Shown piece after piece: positions 12,590 to 26,564 of a DNA stretch of 64,000 nucleotides. A model generated the notes under the pieces. That model had not been told where the DNA came from, made no database searches, and saw only the letters and a program-made list of their open reading frames with translations. This DNA is from Chiloscyllium plagiosum (lineage: Eukaryota). Position 1 is the stretch's first letter, and every line of letters begins with the position of its first letter. The stretch is from assembly GCF_004010195.1 (NCBI RefSeq), contig NC_057719.1:50767008-50831007 (forward strand), given 5' to 3'. The position numbers were made by a program, and so were the translations under genes.

Positions 12590-13680
12590 CAGGATGTTGC
12601 CATCAAGCTAAATGACGTTCAATCTATGACACAATAGTCACATGCTGTGAGAACTTCAGTGCCAGTGTGAAGCTATGTGTGTAGGCTTTATGTTCCAAAG
12701 ACTGGCAGATTGTATCAAACAGCATTTCCCTTTATCTGACAGGACCCAACCAGCTCATGCTTGCAAAACCTAAAACACCATCTCCAAAATTAAATGTAAT
12801 TTGGGAAAGGAACAATATTTGCTAAATAACCCACAGTGTGTAAAAGAATTATGCTGACAAGTTTAGGAATGTCAATTGACTTAACAGTGACAGACATTTG
12901 AGTGAACTAGAAGCTACACATATTCGTACACAGGAAATTGTCTTTTGTTGACAGAAAGAACATGAAGACATACCATGTTTCAATTAAACAAAATAGATGA
13001 CAGCCATTCTCTGGATCATTTCCCAGTGTATTGCCTTTATCAATCAGAGCCAGCCTGTCTGGTTTAAAATTTAAACAAAACTTGGTAGTTAACTGACTTT
13101 TGTCATGAGTCACAGAGTCATAGAGATGTACAGCATGGAAACAGACCCTGCGGTCCAACCTGTCCATGCTGACCAGATATCCCAACCCAATCTAGTCCCA
13201 CCTGCCAGCACCCAGCCCACATCCCTCCAAGCCCTTCCTATTCATATACCCATCCAAATGCCTCTTAAATGTTGCAACTGTACCAGCCTCCACCACATCC
13301 TCTGGCAGCTCATTCCATAAACGTACCACCCTCTGCGTGAAAAAGTTGCCCCTTCGGTCTCTTTTATATCTTTCCCCTCTCACCCTAAACCTATGTTGTC
13401 TAGTTCTGGACTCCCCCACCCCAGCGAAAAGACTTTGCCGATATACTCTATCCATGCCCTCATAATTTTGTAAACCTCTATAAGGTCACCTCTCAGCCTC
13501 CGACACTCCGGGCAATCAGAGTTTATTTGCCAATCAATCAGCAATATCCTCTCATATCACATAAGTGTTGTTTTATATTTACATGGGTGTTTCCTGCAAA
13601 TTGAGTACAAGACAAAGCTTTGACAAAATGTGTCTCTTTTTAACCAAACTCAAGTTCTGCATTGGCAAATGCACTACTTT
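12590..13680 (+). mobile_element. Decayed PLE (GIY-YIG region and 3' end), interrupted by a CR1
   Basis: Homologous to 41030-41720. Frame remnants resemble FQCQCEA.YVG...QRLAD.IKQH. CR1 inserted at 13108-13510. Confidence 0.6.
13108..13510 (-). mobile_element. CR1 LINE 3' fragment
   Basis: ORF 13192-13455 reads RGNFFTQRVVRLWNELPEDVVEAG. (ctctatga)-type tail. Confidence 0.9.
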
Positions 13681-13804
13681 TTGATTCTATTAATTTCTAC
13701 TGAATTTGTACCTTTATTGGGATGAAATGCAATATGCACTATTGAGTCATTGCTTAGTAAATGGGAATCCTTGCTGACTTTTCCTTATCTCTCTTGTGCA
13801 GTGA

Positions 13805-15700
13805 AGACCATAAGACATAGGAGAAGAATTGGGTCATTCAGCCCTTTGAGTCTGCTCCAAAATGAAGTGAGATCATGGCTGATCTGATAATCCTCAACTC
13901 CACTTTCCTGTCTTATCCTCATAACCCCTGATTTGTGCAATAATTAAAAATTGCTGTCAGTTTTGAATACCTAAAGACCCAGCCTTGACAGCCTTCTGTG
14001 ATAAAGAATTCCATGACTGACTACTCTCATCTCTGTGTGGAATGGGCAACCACTTTCTCTGAAATTGTGCCCTCTGATCCTGGACTCTCCCACAATGCAA
14101 AATAATCTCTCCACAACTATCCAGTCAAATCCTCTAACAAACTTGTACCTTCCACGCATGTCATTAACTGTATCCGTTGGTTCCGATGCGGTCTCCTCTA
14201 CACTGGGGAGACAGGACGCCTACTCACAGAGCGTTTCAGAGAACATCTCCAGGACACCCACACCAACAATCCCTACCGCCCCATGGCTGAACACTTCAAC
14301 TCCCCATCCTAATCTGCTAAGAACATGCAGGTCCTGATCCTCCTCCATAACCACCCGACGCCTGGAGGAAGAACACCTCATCGGCCACCTCTGGACCCTC
14401 CAACCCCATAGCATCAAAGTGGATTTCACCAGTTTCCTCATTTCTCCTCCCCCCACCTTATCCCAGTTCCAACCTTCCAACTTGGCATCGCCCTCATGTC
14501 CTATCCTATTTGTCCATCTTCCTTTCCACCTGTATGCTCCACCCTCCTCTCCAACATATCACCATTACCTCCACCTTCATCTACCTATTGCACTCTCAGC
14601 TACCTCCCCCCACCCCCCCAGCTCCACCTCTCCCTCCCATTTATCTCACCATCCCCTTAGCTCCCAGCTTCATTCCTGATGAAGGGCTTTTGCCCAAAAC
14701 ATCAATTCTCCTGTTCCTTGGATGCTGCCTGACCTGCTGTGCTTTTCCAACACCACACTCTCAGCTCTAATCTCCAGCATCTGCAGTCCTCACTTTTGCC
14801 GTGTATGCTTCAATAAATCAACTCTCAATTTTCTAAACTCCAATGAGTACAAGCCTAAACCAGCACACTCTCCTCCAGCACACTCAGCCTAGTGAACCTT
14901 CTCAGGACTGCTGCCAGTGCCATGTAAATTTCCTTCGTTAAGGGGTTCAAAACAGTTCACAGTACTCAAGTGGATCAGACTAGTGTCTTGTATAGTCTTA
15001 GCAAGTCCTCTTTATGTTAAGCTCCATTCCCTTTGAAAAAGAGGCCAGCAGTTTATTTGCCTTCCCTTCCACTCGCTGCATCTGAATGCTTTTCTTTGTG
15101 ATTCATGCATTGGGGCCCCAAAATCCCTTTGAGCTCACCTTTCTTCTTTTAAATAATATTCAGAGGTTCTATCTTTTGTGCCAAAATACATAACCTCATA
15201 TTATGCTGCATTATATTCCATCTATCAAGCTTTTACCCTTTCACTTAACCTGTGTTTCTCCTTCAGCAGAGTCACTGTGTCATCCTCAGTACTTGCCTTC
15301 CTAACTGTTTTGTGCAATCAACAAATGTGACAACAGTGCATTCACCTCATTTATCTAAGTCTTTAATATGTTACAAATAATTGTGACTCCAGCACTGATC
15401 TTTGTAGCACTCCACTTCTAATAGTTTGCTATGCTGAAAATGTCCCCTTTGTCTCAAATCTCTACTATTGATTAGTCAATTTTCTATTTATGCAAATATA
15501 CTACCTCCATGGATAGTATGGGCTTTTATCTTATTAACTTGCTTAGTGTGTGATACCATATTGAATGTCTTTTGGAGATTCAAATATATTACATTTTCTG
15601 GCTCCCCTTTATCTATCCAACTTTTTAATCCTCAAAGAATTCTAATTAATTTGGCAGGCATGATTTCACCTTCATGAAGCCATGCTGACTGCTTGATTTT
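13805..15700 (-). mobile_element. Older CR1 LINE, split by a PLE insertion at ~14141-14800
   Basis: CR1 3' UTR and ORF2 remnants continue on both sides of the PLE. Same subfamily as 25570-27990. Confidence 0.75.
14141..14800 (+). mobile_element. PLE 3' fragment: GIY-YIG remnant plus terminal repeat with HHR-like core
   Basis: Frame remnant CIR..RCGLLYTGETGRLLTERFREHL. CTGATGAAGGGCTTTTGCCC near 14676-14695, followed by the arm and tail seen in the 5118 hairpin. Confidence 0.85.
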
Positions 15701-16322
15701 ATTTGTATTTCCAAGTCCTCCACTCTTACTTCCTTTATGATAGACTATAGCATTTTTCCTATGACTGCTGAATCTAATAGTGTACTCAGTGTAACATAGC
15801 CACAATTGACTGTTTTAGCACAAACATGGATCATTCTTTCTGTGCAAAGTGGTTTATGTTTTCTACTCTAAGTTTGCACTCGGAAGCACCTACCAGATTC
15901 CCAGAGTATGTCACATTAACTATTAGTTTATACTCAAAGTCTTCCAATTTTAAAATGTGTGTTTTTTTAATGCAGAAGACTCTATATTACCACTGAGTAA
16001 AACATTAAAGCCATTATTCTGGATCTAGGAACAGTGGCCTTTTTATTAGTGTAAACCTCTTTTTATTAGTCTAAAAGGAAACACACCAGTAAGTATGTAT
16101 GTTCAGTGCTAATCTGATTCTGGTGTGTACTGAAGCAAAGAAATATGAGTCCCTCTCCAAGACATTTCTCATATTTTTGGTGTTCTAACTGGATGTAAAC
16201 TTGGAATAAGTACCAAACTCTGTTACCTGTGAGCTTAATAACCAGTTTAGAATGATATCAAAACTAATCAGTATAAGTATTTCTTGTCATCTTCATCAAT
16301 CACTTTTCCTCTCCATTTCTAG

Positions 16323-16507
16323 GTGAACCACGGATTGATAATGGTGTTCCACAAGCTGCAGATTTGATTATTAGCGGTGCACCCTCCGTCATACCGATCT
16401 CAGCTTCCTCAACTCTTCCAAAATTAGAGCTTCAGACGAAAAAGTCCAACATAGCTGTTGTACACATGAAATCTGAAAAGAGGGACCCAATTAAGTTAAC
16501 TGTCCAG
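16323..16507 (+). CDS. Internal coding exon of an unidentified host gene (phase 1 to 0)
   Basis: Acceptor cacttttcctctccatttctAG, donor cag/GTATGG. Open frame EPRIDNGVPQAADLIISGAPSVIPISASSTLPKLELQTKKSNIAVVHMKSEKRDPIKLTVQ. Not repeat-like and phase-compatible with 19306-19422. Confidence 0.8.
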
Positions 16508-18216
16508 GTATGGCACCATTGAAGGTAACTAGTGACTGGCACTGTATCGGAGATCTAGCAGTATAACTTTCAGGAATCTGTGCTGAAATTAATTTCAGTG
16601 AGAACCTAGGGGATTGAGGGAGACCGAGTGCAACGTTTGAGAGAGTAGCTGCAGGGAGTAGCAGATCAAAAGCGCTGTGATCGGAAGGAGGTCCAGAACT
16701 GTTTAAAGTACCCATTTTTATCTGATCAATTTCTTTAACATAACATTTCTACCTTACAATTTAGTCCTCCCAGAGATAATCCACGGTGCTTTTTCTTTTA
16801 CATTTTTATGGCATTATTAAATTTAGCAGTACTTTGTAACTTGTACCTTCCAATCCCTCTTACTTCTCTCAATTTTGCAACAGTTTGACCTTGAATTTCA
16901 TTGGGCTAGCCCTCCACCACTGCCTCCCCAACACACCCACCCAACCAGAGTTGCAAATGGCATTTAGAATTCAATTCTGGGATTCCCAACCCCATTCCCG
17001 AGGGGCTTTGATTTTCATGAATGCCTTTTTAAGAGTTATTTTGACTCATGAGTTCATATTCTGAACTCCTGACTTTACCAGCTCATTTGCAGAGGTGGAA
17101 AATTCTAGTCATCAGCGTTAGGCCAGCTTTTCAAAGAATCATGATTTACAGCAGCTCAAAGGTGTCATAACCCATAATCTGCATGAGGAAACTTCTTGAG
17201 AGGTAATTTCAGACGACTCTCTTCATTTCCCTGATACCAGCCTACCTTCTGCTCCACTCTAGAGTTTTGGGTGGTGAGGTGACTAAAGTCCAGTACAGGA
17301 TTGGGGGCAGGCAGATGGTGTTTCAGCAGGTAGGATGCTCATACCTTCCTAAATTTCTTCCATTGTTTATGCATTACTTCTACTTGGGCCTATTGGAGAT
17401 GCATGAGATTGTTTTTACCTTTACAAATGCTTCTTCTCCATCTTGGGTGGTCTTGGGAAAGAGATTCCCATAAACTGGTGGGGATATTGGAATTTATCAG
17501 GAGCCTTTGAGGATGTTCTTGAGGCATTTTCTCTTCTCTTGTAACCACTTATCTTATGCTCCACAATCCAATCTCTATGACATCCCCAATTAAGATATGC
17601 TCCCACCCAATGTCCCTGCCAAACTCTGACACTTCAATGCTCCTTCACCCACTGCAAACCGTACAAAACAATAAACTCTGTAGCAACAATATGATGTGTA
17701 AAATATCCTATATGTAAATTAGTAGCTACTCTACTAATGCCCACTGCAAACATCCATTCACAGTTCAATATATGCCTTGGGATTCCTATATTTGGCATGT
17801 TACAAGATCACCCTTATAAATAGAACCCTAGCCATCTGCTTATCATGTAAGCTTGATGTTGAACTGGGGCATATCTAAACTATTCTTCATAATAATGGCT
17901 GCCCTGGTCAAACCGTCAGCTGCTATATATCATTGCCGATACGTGAAGTGCCCTACTGCCATCATGTTTGGCCTTGAAAGGTATCTGTTCCACCTTAGAT
18001 TACTTTGGAAGGCGAAGGTAAGTGAAAACTTTGAGCAACAGGTCAGGCCAACCATTTTTCCATTTTTTAGCAAACACTGACTGTTATTCTTTACTAATAG
18101 GATGCAGTCATCTAGTGTATAAGGCATTTTCCCTTCAAATGAACAAAACTCCAATGGGTTTCAGTGCCAGGATGATACCAGGTAGGGTATTCAAACAGAC
18201 TTCTTTACCTACCTTG

Positions 18217-18535
18217 GGTGGCATGGTGGCCCAGTGGTTAATACTGTTGTCTTAAAATACCAGATGACCAGGTTTGATTCCAGCCTTGGGGTTTGCACAT
18301 TCTTCCTGTGACTGCTTGGATTTTCTCCCACAATCCAGAGATGTGCAGGTTAGGTGGATTGGCGACGCTAAATTGCCCCATATTGTTCAGGATGCAGACT
18401 AGGTGCATTAGCCATGGTAAATCTGTGGTTACAGGAATAGATTGGGTGCTGGTTCTGGCTGGGATGATCTTCGGAGGGTTGCTGCAGACTCACTGGGCAG
18501 AATGGCCTCTTTCTGTACTGTAGAGATTCTATGGT
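18217..18535 (+). mobile_element. HE1-like V-SINE (older copy)
   Basis: tRNA-like head ggtggcatggtggcccagtggtta..ggtttgattcc, V-domain-like centre, CR1-like tail. Confidence 0.8.
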
Positions 18536-19305
18536 TTTAAGTACTGAGTTTGAAGATGTAGAACATACCACATCAGGGAATAGTTGAGACTGATTAGAGA
18601 CATTTAAACCGTTACAGGAGAAGGCAATAGAATATTATGCTGTTAAAACCAGATACGGCAAGACAGGAGAGGCTCATATAGAGCTTAACTGGAATAGACT
18701 GGTCAGACTGAACAGCCATTTTTTTGTGCTGAATATGCTATGTAATTTTATATAAAATTGAAGGTTTCCACCATAAACCGTGAAAACTGCAAAAGGGAGG
18801 TTTCCTGGTCTGGTCCACAGATGATTCCAGTCACTCATTATGTGGTTGGCTCTCAGTGCCCTTAGGCAACTAGGGATGAGCCATAAATACTGCTTTGTCA
18901 GTGTTGTCCACATCCTAAACACAAATAAAAGAAAAACAGTTCTATTGTTTAAATCTGCAATAACCAGTTAAGAGGTTTTGAACTAGTTTTGATTCAATCA
19001 TAATTGAGGTCTTGACCAACTGGTAAATAAATGCATTCTAATAGACTGAATGTCATAGGTACGAACCACAAATTAACTTTGTTAAGAAATAAAATGATCA
19101 GAAATTTCATGAAAAACCCCATTTAGTCATGGTGGCTGATTTAACTGAAAAAAAATATTTTCAGTATAACAACTTTCAATAGTTCTCATAATTTGGAACA
19201 CACATCTTCAAGGAAAATCCAATTTCTGAAAATAAAAAAAATCACAGACTGTGATTTATTGAAAATTTTTAGATTCATTGTGAAAATTAATTTGTTCATC
19301 TTCAG

Positions 19306-19422
19306 GTACTGCCAAACGTGGATATCGATAGCCTTCCCAGTATCAGTCCTGAACTGAGCCAGAGATCACCAAGCCCTGAGCAGCAGCAAGTTATGTCCTA
19401 TCCTGTACAAACTCCAATCCAG
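19306..19422 (+). CDS. Coding exon of the same unidentified gene (phase 0 to 0)
   Basis: Acceptor tttgttcatcttcAG, donor cag/GTATCT. 117 nt reading VLPNVDIDSLPSISPELSQRSPSPEQQQVMSYPVQTPIQ. Confidence 0.8.
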
Positions 19423-22400
19423 GTATCTTTGTTTTCATTATGTTTAAATATTTCTGTTTGAAGCAATAACCCAGGTCAGCTTATGGATCCAGTAGGTTTA
19501 TTTATCTCTTGCCTTTTGTGCATATATCATTAGAATCCAAATTTGGATGACATTTCACTTAAGGTATGAGCAGTCACTGATAATAACATTTTGAAGTTGC
19601 CTCTTGACAAGCATACTTCAACAAAGCAGGAAAGGATGGTCACACGCTATTAGTACTGGATGTATGTGGCAAAAGTGTAGTTTGAAGTTTATAGTAACAT
19701 TTTAGACAACAATATTTCTTTGGTTAGCTGGCCAAATGCATGAAACTCATCATCATGCTTAAATTAATGATATCCAAGCTGCTGAATTTCTGGTTGCCCA
19801 ATGTAGACTGCAGAAGCATTTCCCTGAGACACCATTTATTAATGTCTTGAGAAGCTTAGGTGCAGTTTGGGAAATGTCGGTTAGGATTATAATATTAGGA
19901 ATCCTGTCTCCTTGAGTATGTTTTGGAAAAATGCTGAAATTTAACCAGTTAAAACTTTACAATCTTAAAAGCACAAATTTGTCCAAGTTACAAATTAAAA
20001 TATTGCATTGAAGAGTTATCTAAAATCAAGGGCGGCAAATCTGCCAGTGATAGATCCACTCCTTGTCACCCACTATTGGGTCAGGTTGGATGGTCAAACA
20101 TTGGAAAGGGCATGCTCCAGAATCCTGCAAGTCTACTTTCCATTGGTTTTGAGTAAATTGTAAACTTGATTGTATAGTTGCTCTTGGTCATCAGAGAAAT
20201 TAAAACCACATGTTCAACCAGGAACTGTTCACAAGTATCAAGATAAACACCAAACCATTCAAACCATTGAAGTAGTTTAAGATGTTATCACTGTCCTAAT
20301 GAACACCTTACCCCTTTGAATGGCAGTTCCAGGGTTGGTGGAGTTCTTTTTGTCACATGCATCGAAGAACAGTGAAAAACTTTATTTATGAGCAGTACAG
20401 GCAGATTATAGTAAGCAGGGATGTACAAATCAAAGGGTGTAAAACAAAACTTAGAGGCATACAGGTTATGTTGTACAGGGCATGCACTAGGCGAGATCAA
20501 CATTAGCAAGAATGAGAAATATGAAGGTTCAGCAGCAGTGTGCTTGTATGGTTTTATATCCAGCTATTATTTGTCATGGGCACCTTCTTTGCTTTCTGTA
20601 TCACAGATAATTGTAGGGTGGAAAAAAACTAACACAGGTCAGTAATGTTAATGTGCCAACCAGCTTTCAGTTCCAGATGTTCAAGCTCAATGCCACAGAC
20701 CATGTTTAAAGGTCACCAAATGCCCTCAGGTAAAAGAAATAGGTAAAGTAGTGCTCCTACCATGAAGCTAATTCTTCCTCCAGGTTTCTCAATGAGTGCT
20801 TAGGGGAGGCCAGACCCCTCCTTCTCTACAGTTCTTGTCCAATTTGCCACAAATCATTTACATTATGCCCTACAATGCACCAAGAAAGTGCTTCTGATTA
20901 GTTATTCTGAACCATGAAGTATAACTGTTTTAAGTTAAGCTTATAAAGCACAAATGCAACTTCATTGGGTTTAGCAGTTCTGAAGAAAGCTTTCATCCCC
21001 TCTTAGTAGGAAATTATATCAAAGCCAAAGCTGACATCTAACAAATGTATCAATATGTATCAAAAGTTGAAATGGTATCTCTTAGATGACACTTAGATGA
21101 TAAAGCTGATATATTTTTCATTCTTGTGTCAAACTCAGCTTTCTGAGGTAGCTAAAGAACCAGAGGCAAGCTGAAAACATTTATTTTCAAATAATTGTCT
21201 GATCGGTTATATACTATACATAAGAATGGTAGATACCAATTCAGTAATGAATATCTAGTTCCTTGTTCACGTGCTTTAGCATGTAATTTCAGTTTAGGAA
21301 TTCAAGTTTAACCATAGAAATTGGAAAATGCAATTGAAGCATCTTGAAGCCGAGTGTACTTAAAAAATTTGGCTTTTCTGCTTTAAGAGAAAACCATTCT
21401 TGTTTAATCGAATCAGAATAGAAGTAATTGTTTTGGGAGTTAGAGCTAAATAATGCTAAAAGCATTAAGTGAACTCAGGTATAAAGCCCATCTGCTTTAT
21501 CAGACTGAAAAAGAAATTGTAAATGAGAGATATGAAACCTTATTGGTCAGGATTGCCCAGAGCATGTTACATTTTTACAGATGGGTGGAACTTGAGAAGT
21601 TTGTTTTCTGGTTTTCAAATTACTTGTGTGATTGCTGGGAGAAGTTAGTTCCTGAGTGAAGCTGAGAATACTAAAGAAAAGTGGTGGCTACAGGCAGCAC
21701 AGGTTAGCAGAGTCCAAGCAATTCAGGCAAGAGAAGTGCCTGAAAGTTATTGACAATTCAGTGCAGCTGAGAGTGGGTTGAAGAAAGGCCACAAATAGTG
21801 TTTGCTTGGTGTAGCTGAGTAATATTGGAGCATGAAGAAATTGGCAGCTCAGTGAAGCTAACTCTCTCTAAAACAACTGCAATTGTGCCCTTGAGTAGAT
21901 GCTGGAGTGCAGTCTCAGGAATCTAGTAGAATGTAGTCTAAGGGGATGTGATTAAACTACCAGAGTGTGAACAGTCAGTGAAAGTGGATCTTGAGGGTGT
22001 TTCAAGGCTGGATCTATCAGGAAAGAATTGGAAAACTTGAAAAAGAATACAGAGTTTTAAAGAGGCTTGGTGACCCAGAGTGTCACTAATATCTGATTGG
22101 ATCTATTTTGACTGCATCAGCCAGCTGTGGGATGTACAATCACAATTAATCTGTTAACACATATTTATCTCATGTCAATCCTCCAAGTTAAAAAAAATGA
22201 GTTATAACAAATGTTGTAGATTGTTTATTTTTACTTGTGTTGTACGATAAACTATAGTTTGTTTGTTCAAGGCTGTGGAATTTTCTGGTTCTATTATCTT
22301 AATTAAAAACCTGGGATTTCCAACTGTCTACTTGAAACAAAAAGAATCTGCTAAAAGAATGGTACCAGAATTGTGACATTTTTTATTTGGAATCATAACG

Positions 22401-22930
22401 TACAGAATGAAATTGCATAAATACTTGAAAGAGAAAAACATGGCAATGGAGAAAGTGCAGAGCAATGGTGTTAATTTATTCATTCTACTGCAGAGTTACC
22501 TCAGGCACAATGGGCCAAATATCCTCCTCCTGAGTTGTGTTTTGGTTTACTCTTTTATAAGATGTGGACATTCCTTGTGGCATAGATACATCCAGAACTG
22601 TTAAGAGAGTTCCAGAATGTTGACCCTTCATTGAAGGAACAGCAATATCGTATCATTGAGGTGATACACATTATGATATACAGTAATGTACATTGTGTAT
22701 TGATGGGGAAGGCAGTCAACGTGGAAAGTAGCGAATAGAGTGCTAGTCAGGTAGACTTCTTTGTCCTGAATACTATCAAGCTTCTTGAGTGTTGCCGTTG
22801 CACTTATTCAGGCAAGTGGAGAGGATTTCACTTTATTCCTGATGTATGCCTTGCAGTTGGTAGATGGGCTTTGAGGAGTCAGTAACTGAGTTATTCCCTG
22901 TAGAATTCCCAGCATCTGACCCACTCTTGC

Positions 22931-23039
22931 AGAAGCTTAGGTGTAGATTGGGAAGTGTCGGTTAGGATTATAGTATTAGAAATCCTGTCTCCTTGAGTAT
23001 ATTTTGGAAAAATGCTGAAATTTAACCAGTTAAAACTTT
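22931..23039 (+). repeat. 109-bp direct duplicate of 19850-19958
   Basis: Six mismatches counted over 109 bp. Lies inside an old minus-strand LINE remnant (~22540-23235). Confidence 0.9.
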
Positions 23040-24090
23040 GCATAAGACCAGTTTCTGGTCAATGGTCAACGACAGGATATTGATAGTGAGGCATTCAGCA
23101 ATGTAATACCTTTGAATATCAAGGGTGATGGTTAGGTTCTCTCTTGTTGGAGATGTCATTGCCTATCACTTGTGTGATGCAAATGTAACTTGCCAGTTAC
23201 GAGCCCAAGTCAGAATGTTGTCCCAAGTTTTGCTGTTCTCTTTCCAACTTGTTTCAAAATTTAAACTTAAATGTGGCCTCAGCAGTCTGGCTGCTGTTGT
23301 ATAAGGGAGTTCCTCCACATGTCAGTCTGTGCCTGCAACTGAAGCTAGGTGGCCAAAGAGGGTCTGGAAGCCTGTATGGAGGGCCACTAATCCCCCCAGA
23401 CTACAGTTCAAAGCTACAGCCTCTCTAGGAACTCCTAATTAGGTCTCAATGAACCCAATTAATTGATTTGATTATCCACCGCTTGCAAGGTGACCCCTGC
23501 CACTCTGCTTCAATCGTACCTCAAAGAAAATGGCCCTGTTTTGGGATGTTGACAGTGGACCAGCAAACCATCTGTCAGTGTGAAATTCAGCATCCAACGA
23601 CTTCATGTTTGCCCATGGGGGCTTGAAATTCCCCCTGATTATACATTTAATCACCATGGCTTTTTTATCTGATTTTTGCCTTTCATGTTTGCTTTTATTT
23701 TACTGAATTCTGGCTTCATTGAAAGTATTTCTTCAATCCATAAATTTTGATAAAGGGGACAGAGAAACAGAATGCTTCAGGCAAATACTTCAAGATTTTT
23801 TTTAGTGTTACATTGATTCAAAGCCTTTTGAAAACATGTCTAAATGTAGTTGTGTCTGGAGGGGAATAAACTTAATAAAGCTTACTGCTTTTTTTATACA
23901 GCTTGCTTGCGATCTTTAATGATGTGTGAATGTGTGGTATTCTGTGCCTTTTTTTCTTCTAATGGAAGAATTTTGCTTTTGAAAGCTTTGTTGTTTCTGA
24001 TCATTTTTAACTGGTGAAACATAGTTTGGGCTGTAGTAAGTAATTCTTATTTTTGTATTTTTTCTCTCTCTGACTCATATTTTTAAACAG

Positions 24091-24096
24091 AAGTAG
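24091..24096 (+). CDS. Candidate terminal coding exon start (AAG TAG = K-stop)
   Basis: Long pyrimidine tract with ctgac branch-like motif and aacAG acceptor. Phase 0 after 19422 gives ...TPIQK*. AATAAA at 24260-24265. Confidence 0.45.
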   Translation, partial: K

Positions 24097-26564
24097 TACA
24101 AATGAATAGTGTGCAGGTATTTAAAGTTAGTTTATCATTGCAATTTCAATGCATCAGAGACTTTCTGAATGCGAGAAATGTGAACCACTGTTCTTGAATC
24201 AAATGGGTGACACAGTTCTCCATTGAAATTTGAGGAGAAAAGACACATGTGACAAGCATAATAAAAAGCAAAGACTCTTGGTATTTCATGTTAAAAATAT
24301 CTTTTTTTTCATTTGTCCATGTGGTTGGCACATTGTAGGCCAACATTTATTCTCCATATCTAATTACACTGGAGGAGATGGTGGTGAGCTATCTTTGCGA
24401 AGACAATTTGAATAAAAAGTAAAATAAAAAATATGCAGATATTAGAAATTTGAAACAGAAATAGAAAATGCTGATAACACTCAGCAAGTTAATCAACTTC
24501 TTTGGAAATAATAGGCAAGGCAAGTGAGAAAACCTCTTTTAGACCCATGGGGAATCACTAATTATTTTCCCTATGGAGCTAGTTGAACATGAGTTCTCTT
24601 GGTAACTGGGAATGGCCTGCTCACCTGCACCACCTGAGTCCTTTATAAACCAGACCCAGGAATGACCTGCAGAACTGCTCTGGGCTTGAACTAACTATGT
24701 ACACCATGAGTTAGATGGCTATATTTTGGTGTTCAACAAAAAATTGTGTTCCTTTCCAGTCAGGCTTCTTGAGTTACTACAGTAACATTTCAGCTAAACC
24801 ATTCAACACAATGCAAAGACATTAAAGAAAAAGCAAACAAAGAAAGTCATCAACAAATATACATATGCTTGGACATCTCAAAAATGGTGAAATTAAAAAC
24901 AGAATACAGTTAAGTGGTGAAGTTATGTAGACATGTGACTTAGGTTTATTGAGAAATTTGTCATTGAATTCTCTAAGTTTGTTGTGTTAAGCTGTACCTA
25001 CCTGAACCATGAAACTTTTTGTTTTCTGTTTAATCACGCTTTACAGGCCTTGTACTTGTGTGATGTTTTTTTCCCTCCCCTGCGCCTTTGTTATGTTCTT
25101 TTTAAATGGTTGTATTTATTTACATTTATTCCAACGTTGATGATGGGTCTACAAGTGAAATGCTATGTATTATCTGTTCTCTACACAGAAGCTGAGTATT
25201 TCAACGCCTATTTGCTTTTATTTTGAACCAATTTGAAATTAGTTAGGGAGCAATGTCCAAATTATTTATTCCTAGTTGGATCAGTTAACCATTTGGGTGT
25301 GATTACAGCCAAAGTGTATAAATTGACTAGAATCAGTTGCTCTTATCATATCTGCTGGTCAGGATAGTGGTGAGGAAATTACTTTAAACTTCATCAAAAG
25401 ATTACTATCCTGGCATGAGTATTTTCTATAACTATACTAGAATGGAAACCTCTGCAAAGTGTCATCAGGTAATGCAGGGAGTTAGTTCTTTATAATGTTC
25501 AAGTGCTTTATGACTGTGGGCACTAGTTTTACTCAGTGGTGAGATACGTGCTGTGGGAATCCAAAATACCTTAAGATGCAGGAACAGAAGTCGGCCATTT
25601 GGCCCATTGAGTCCTCTCTGCCATTCAATGAGATCGTGGCTGCTCTGATATTCCTCAACTCCACTTTCCTGCCTTATTCCCATAACCCTTGATCCCCTTA
25701 TGATTAAAAATGTCTATCTCAGCCTTGCATTTACTTAATGACCAAATCTCCACAGCCGTCTTCAGTAAACAATTCCACAGATTCACTACCCTCTGTGAGA
25801 AGAAATTCCTCTTCACCTTGTCTTAAATAGATGACTCCTTATTCTAAGCTTTTAACCTTGGGCTAGACTCTCTCTCACAAAGGGAAGCAACCTCTCTACA
25901 TCTACCCTGTCAAGCCTCCTAAAAATCTTACATGTTTCAAAGGTTGCCTCTCACTCTCCTAAACTGCACTGAGTACAAACTGAACCAAATCAACCTCATG
26001 AGGAAATCCCTCCATGCTTGGTATCGACCTAGTGAACTTTCTTAGGACTACCTCCAAAGCCAGTATATCTTTCCTTAGTTAAGTGGTCCAAATCTATTCA
26101 GTGTTCCAGGTGTAGACTAAGTAGTAACTTGCATAGTTTTAGTGAAACCTCCCTTTTTTTTACTCCATTCCCATTACAATGAAGGCCAATATTCCATTTG
26201 TGTTCCCTATCACCTGCTGAACTTGAATACTAGCTTTATGATTTATGCATGAGGACCCCCAAATCCCTCTGTGCTGTAGCTTTCTATAGTCTTTCTCCAT
26301 TTAAATAATATTTAACTCCTCTTTCCTTCCTGCCGAAGTGTATACCCTTGCATTTTCCCACATTGCTTCTCATTCCCAAGTTTTTGCTCACTCACTTCAC
26401 CTATCTCTGTAAGTTGTTTGTGCCATGCTCACCACTTGCCTTTCTACCTATCTTGTGTCATTTTCCAACTTCGTTTCCATCTTCATTTCCATCTAAGTTA
26501 TTCATATATATTGTAAACAATCATCACTGTAGCACTGATTCTTGTGGAAGCCTGCTAGTTACAG

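Noticed and set aside
21550..22350. Possible LTR-like block
   Set aside because: No clear termini, TSD or second copy in the window.
25137..25195. Possible C/D box snoRNA (TGATGA...CTGA)
   Set aside because: Box C lacks the leading purine, there is no terminal stem, and no guide sequence is recognisable.
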